Positions 35,169 to 36,650 of a DNA stretch of 36,650 nucleotides are shown here, piece after piece (the first letter of the stretch is position 1; each line of letters starts with the position of its first letter). A model generated the notes under the pieces. The model had not been told where the DNA came from. It did no database searches and saw only the letters and a list, made by a program, of their open reading frames with translations. Origin of the DNA: Candidatus Nealsonbacteria bacterium (GTDB lineage Bacteria > Patescibacteriota > Minisyncoccia > Minisyncoccales > GWA2-38-27); assembly GCA_043819385.1 (NCBI GenBank), contig JBDREW010000024.1, forward strand, positions 1 through 36,650, given 5' to 3'. The translations under genes were made by a program, and so were the position numbers.

Positions 35169-35414
35169 ATGGAAAATAAAAAAGTTCGTGTATTTAGTAC
35201 TCCGACCTGTCCATATTGTGTTACTTTAAAAGAATATTTGAGAGAACATAATATTGATTTTGAAGATATTGATATTTCACAAGACCAAAAAATGTCAGAA
35301 GAAATGGTTGAAAAATCAGGTCAAATGGGTGTTCCTGTTATTGATATTAGTGGGGAATGGGTAGTTGGTTTTGATAAAGCAAAAATAAATGAATTATTAG
35401 ATATAAGAACCTAA
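35169..35414 (+). CDS. Glutaredoxin-like NrdH-redoxin
   Basis: STPTCPYC, SGQMGVPVI and GFD motifs. Confidence 0.93.
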   Translation: MENKKVRVFSTPTCPYCVTLKEYLREHNIDFEDIDISQDQKMSEEMVEKSGQMGVPVIDISGEWVVGFDKAKINELLDIRT

Positions 35415-35492
35415 CTCACTTCGTTCGTTAGAACCTTGATTCGCTAATGTAAAATCATATAATCTTAAATTTAAAGAATAAATAATTTTATT

Positions 35493-36509
35493 ATGTCAAT
35501 AAAAATTGCTATTAATGGTTTCGGAAGAATAGGGCGTCCTGTTTTTCGACAAATATTAGAAAATCATCCTGATTTAGAAGTTGTTGCTATTAACGACTTA
35601 ACAGATAATAAAACTTTAGCTCATATTTTAAAACATGATTCTGTTTATGGAACATATAATAAAGATGTTAGTTTTTCTGAAAATAGTATTTCAGTAGATG
35701 GAAAAGAATTTAAAGTTTTTGCTGAACCAGATCCTGAAAAATTACCTTGGAAAGATTTAGAAGTTGATATTGTTTTAGAATGTACTGGATATTTTAGAAA
35801 ATTAGAAGAAGCTCAAAAACATATTAAAGCAGGTGCTAAAAAAGTTATAATATCTGCTCCAGGAAAAGGGGAGGGGATTCCAAGTTTTGTTTTAGGAGTT
35901 AATGAAAATGAATTTGATATTGATAAAGATGATATTGTAGATATGGGTTCTTGTACTACAAATTGTCTTGCTGTAATTGCAAAAGTAATAAATGACAATT
36001 TAAAGATTAAAAATGGATTTATGACAACAGTTCATAGTTATACCAATGACCAAAGAATTTTAGATTTACCCCATACAGATTTAAGAAGAACAAGAGCTGC
36101 TGCATTAAATATTATTCCTACTACTACTGGAGCTGCTAAAGCAATTGGCAAAGTTATTCCTGAATTAGATGGAAAATTAGATGGAATTTCTTTACGTGTG
36201 CCAACTCCTAATGTTTCTGTTTTGGACTTAGTCGTTGAAGTGGAGAAAGAAACAACTACTGAGGAAGTTAATCAATTATTTAAGAAAGCTAGTAAATTAG
36301 AAGAATTTAAAGGTATTTTAGATGTATCAGATGAATTATTAGTTTCAACTGATTATATCGGAAATACTTATTCAGCAATTGTTGATTTAGATATCACAAA
36401 TGCTCATGATAATTTAGTTAAAGTTCTTGGTTGGTATGACAATGAAATGGGATATTCAAGTAGAATGGCTGACTTTGCTGAATTTATTGGAAAGAAGTTA
36501 AAAGGATAA
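35493..36509 (+). CDS. gap: Glyceraldehyde-3-phosphate dehydrogenase type I
   Basis: INGFGRIGR, SCTTNCL, RVPT and WYDNE motifs. Confidence 0.98.
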   Translation: MSIKIAINGFGRIGRPVFRQILENHPDLEVVAINDLTDNKTLAHILKHDSVYGTYNKDVSFSENSISVDGKEFKVFAEPDPEKLPWKDLEVDIVLECTGYFRKLEEAQKHIKAGAKKVIISAPGKGEGIPSFVLGVNENEFDIDKDDIVDMGSCTTNCLAVIAKVINDNLKIKNGFMTTVHSYTNDQRILDLPHTDLRRTRAAALNIIPTTTGAAKAIGKVIPELDGKLDGISLRVPTPNVSVLDLVVEVEKETTTEEVNQLFKKASKLEEFKGILDVSDELLVSTDYIGNTYSAIVDLDITNAHDNLVKVLGWYDNEMGYSSRMADFAEFIGKKLKG

Positions 36510-36514
36510 AAATA

Positions 36515-36650
36515 TAAGAACCTAACTCGCTTCGCTCGTCAGAACCTTGATTCGCTAAGGTAAAATCATATATTCTTGAATTAAGAACCTAACTCGCTTC
36601 GCTCGTCAGAACCTTGATTCGCTAAGGTAAAATCATATATTCTTGAATTA
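36515..36650 (+). repeat. Two identical tandem 67 bp family B units at the window end
   Basis: 36515-36581 equals 36582-36648; related copies at 4691 and 35404. Confidence 0.93.

Noticed and set aside
416-35998. Many short antisense or alternate-frame ORFs in the track (e.g. 416-826, 2579-2872, 9059-9379, 25101-25511, 32269-32643)
   Set aside because: They lie within well-supported genes on the other strand or frame and have shadow-like composition.

Overview
Very AT-rich bacterial window using genetic code 11 (TGA is a stop codon). Gene content and divergent motifs suggest Patescibacteria (CPR, Parcubacteria-like); this is an inference. Bases 1-12.6 kb are housekeeping genes: P-type ATPase, Na/Ca antiporter, rmuC, rplU, recR, dnaB, cysS, GtrA-family gene, dnaX and tRNA-Gln, interrupted by a small two-gene insert. 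Bases 25.1-36.6 kb are one co-oriented run: a divergent Lys-rich FtsZ, galU, a group 3b-like NiFe hydrogenase core with HypC-like genes, trxB, eno, gpmA, two redoxins and gap. Between them lies a ~12 kb integrase-free accessory/defence island downstream of tRNA-Gln. It encodes a PLD-SNF2 helicase plus N6-adenine MTase pair, a HEPN-like/HIT fusion, a RelE/PBECR-like nuclease, a DUF3800 protein and small orphans. Two unannotated patterns stand out. (1) The nuclease-like genes are each faced by small, promoter-driven, structured RNA candidates; three RNAs in total, suggesting RNA-antitoxin modules. (2) The island genes are separated by co-oriented copies of a ~53 bp hairpin with covarying arms, giving an integron-like array with no attC sites and no integrase. 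Several other small palindromic or tandem repeat families occur, including one element nested inside its own copy.
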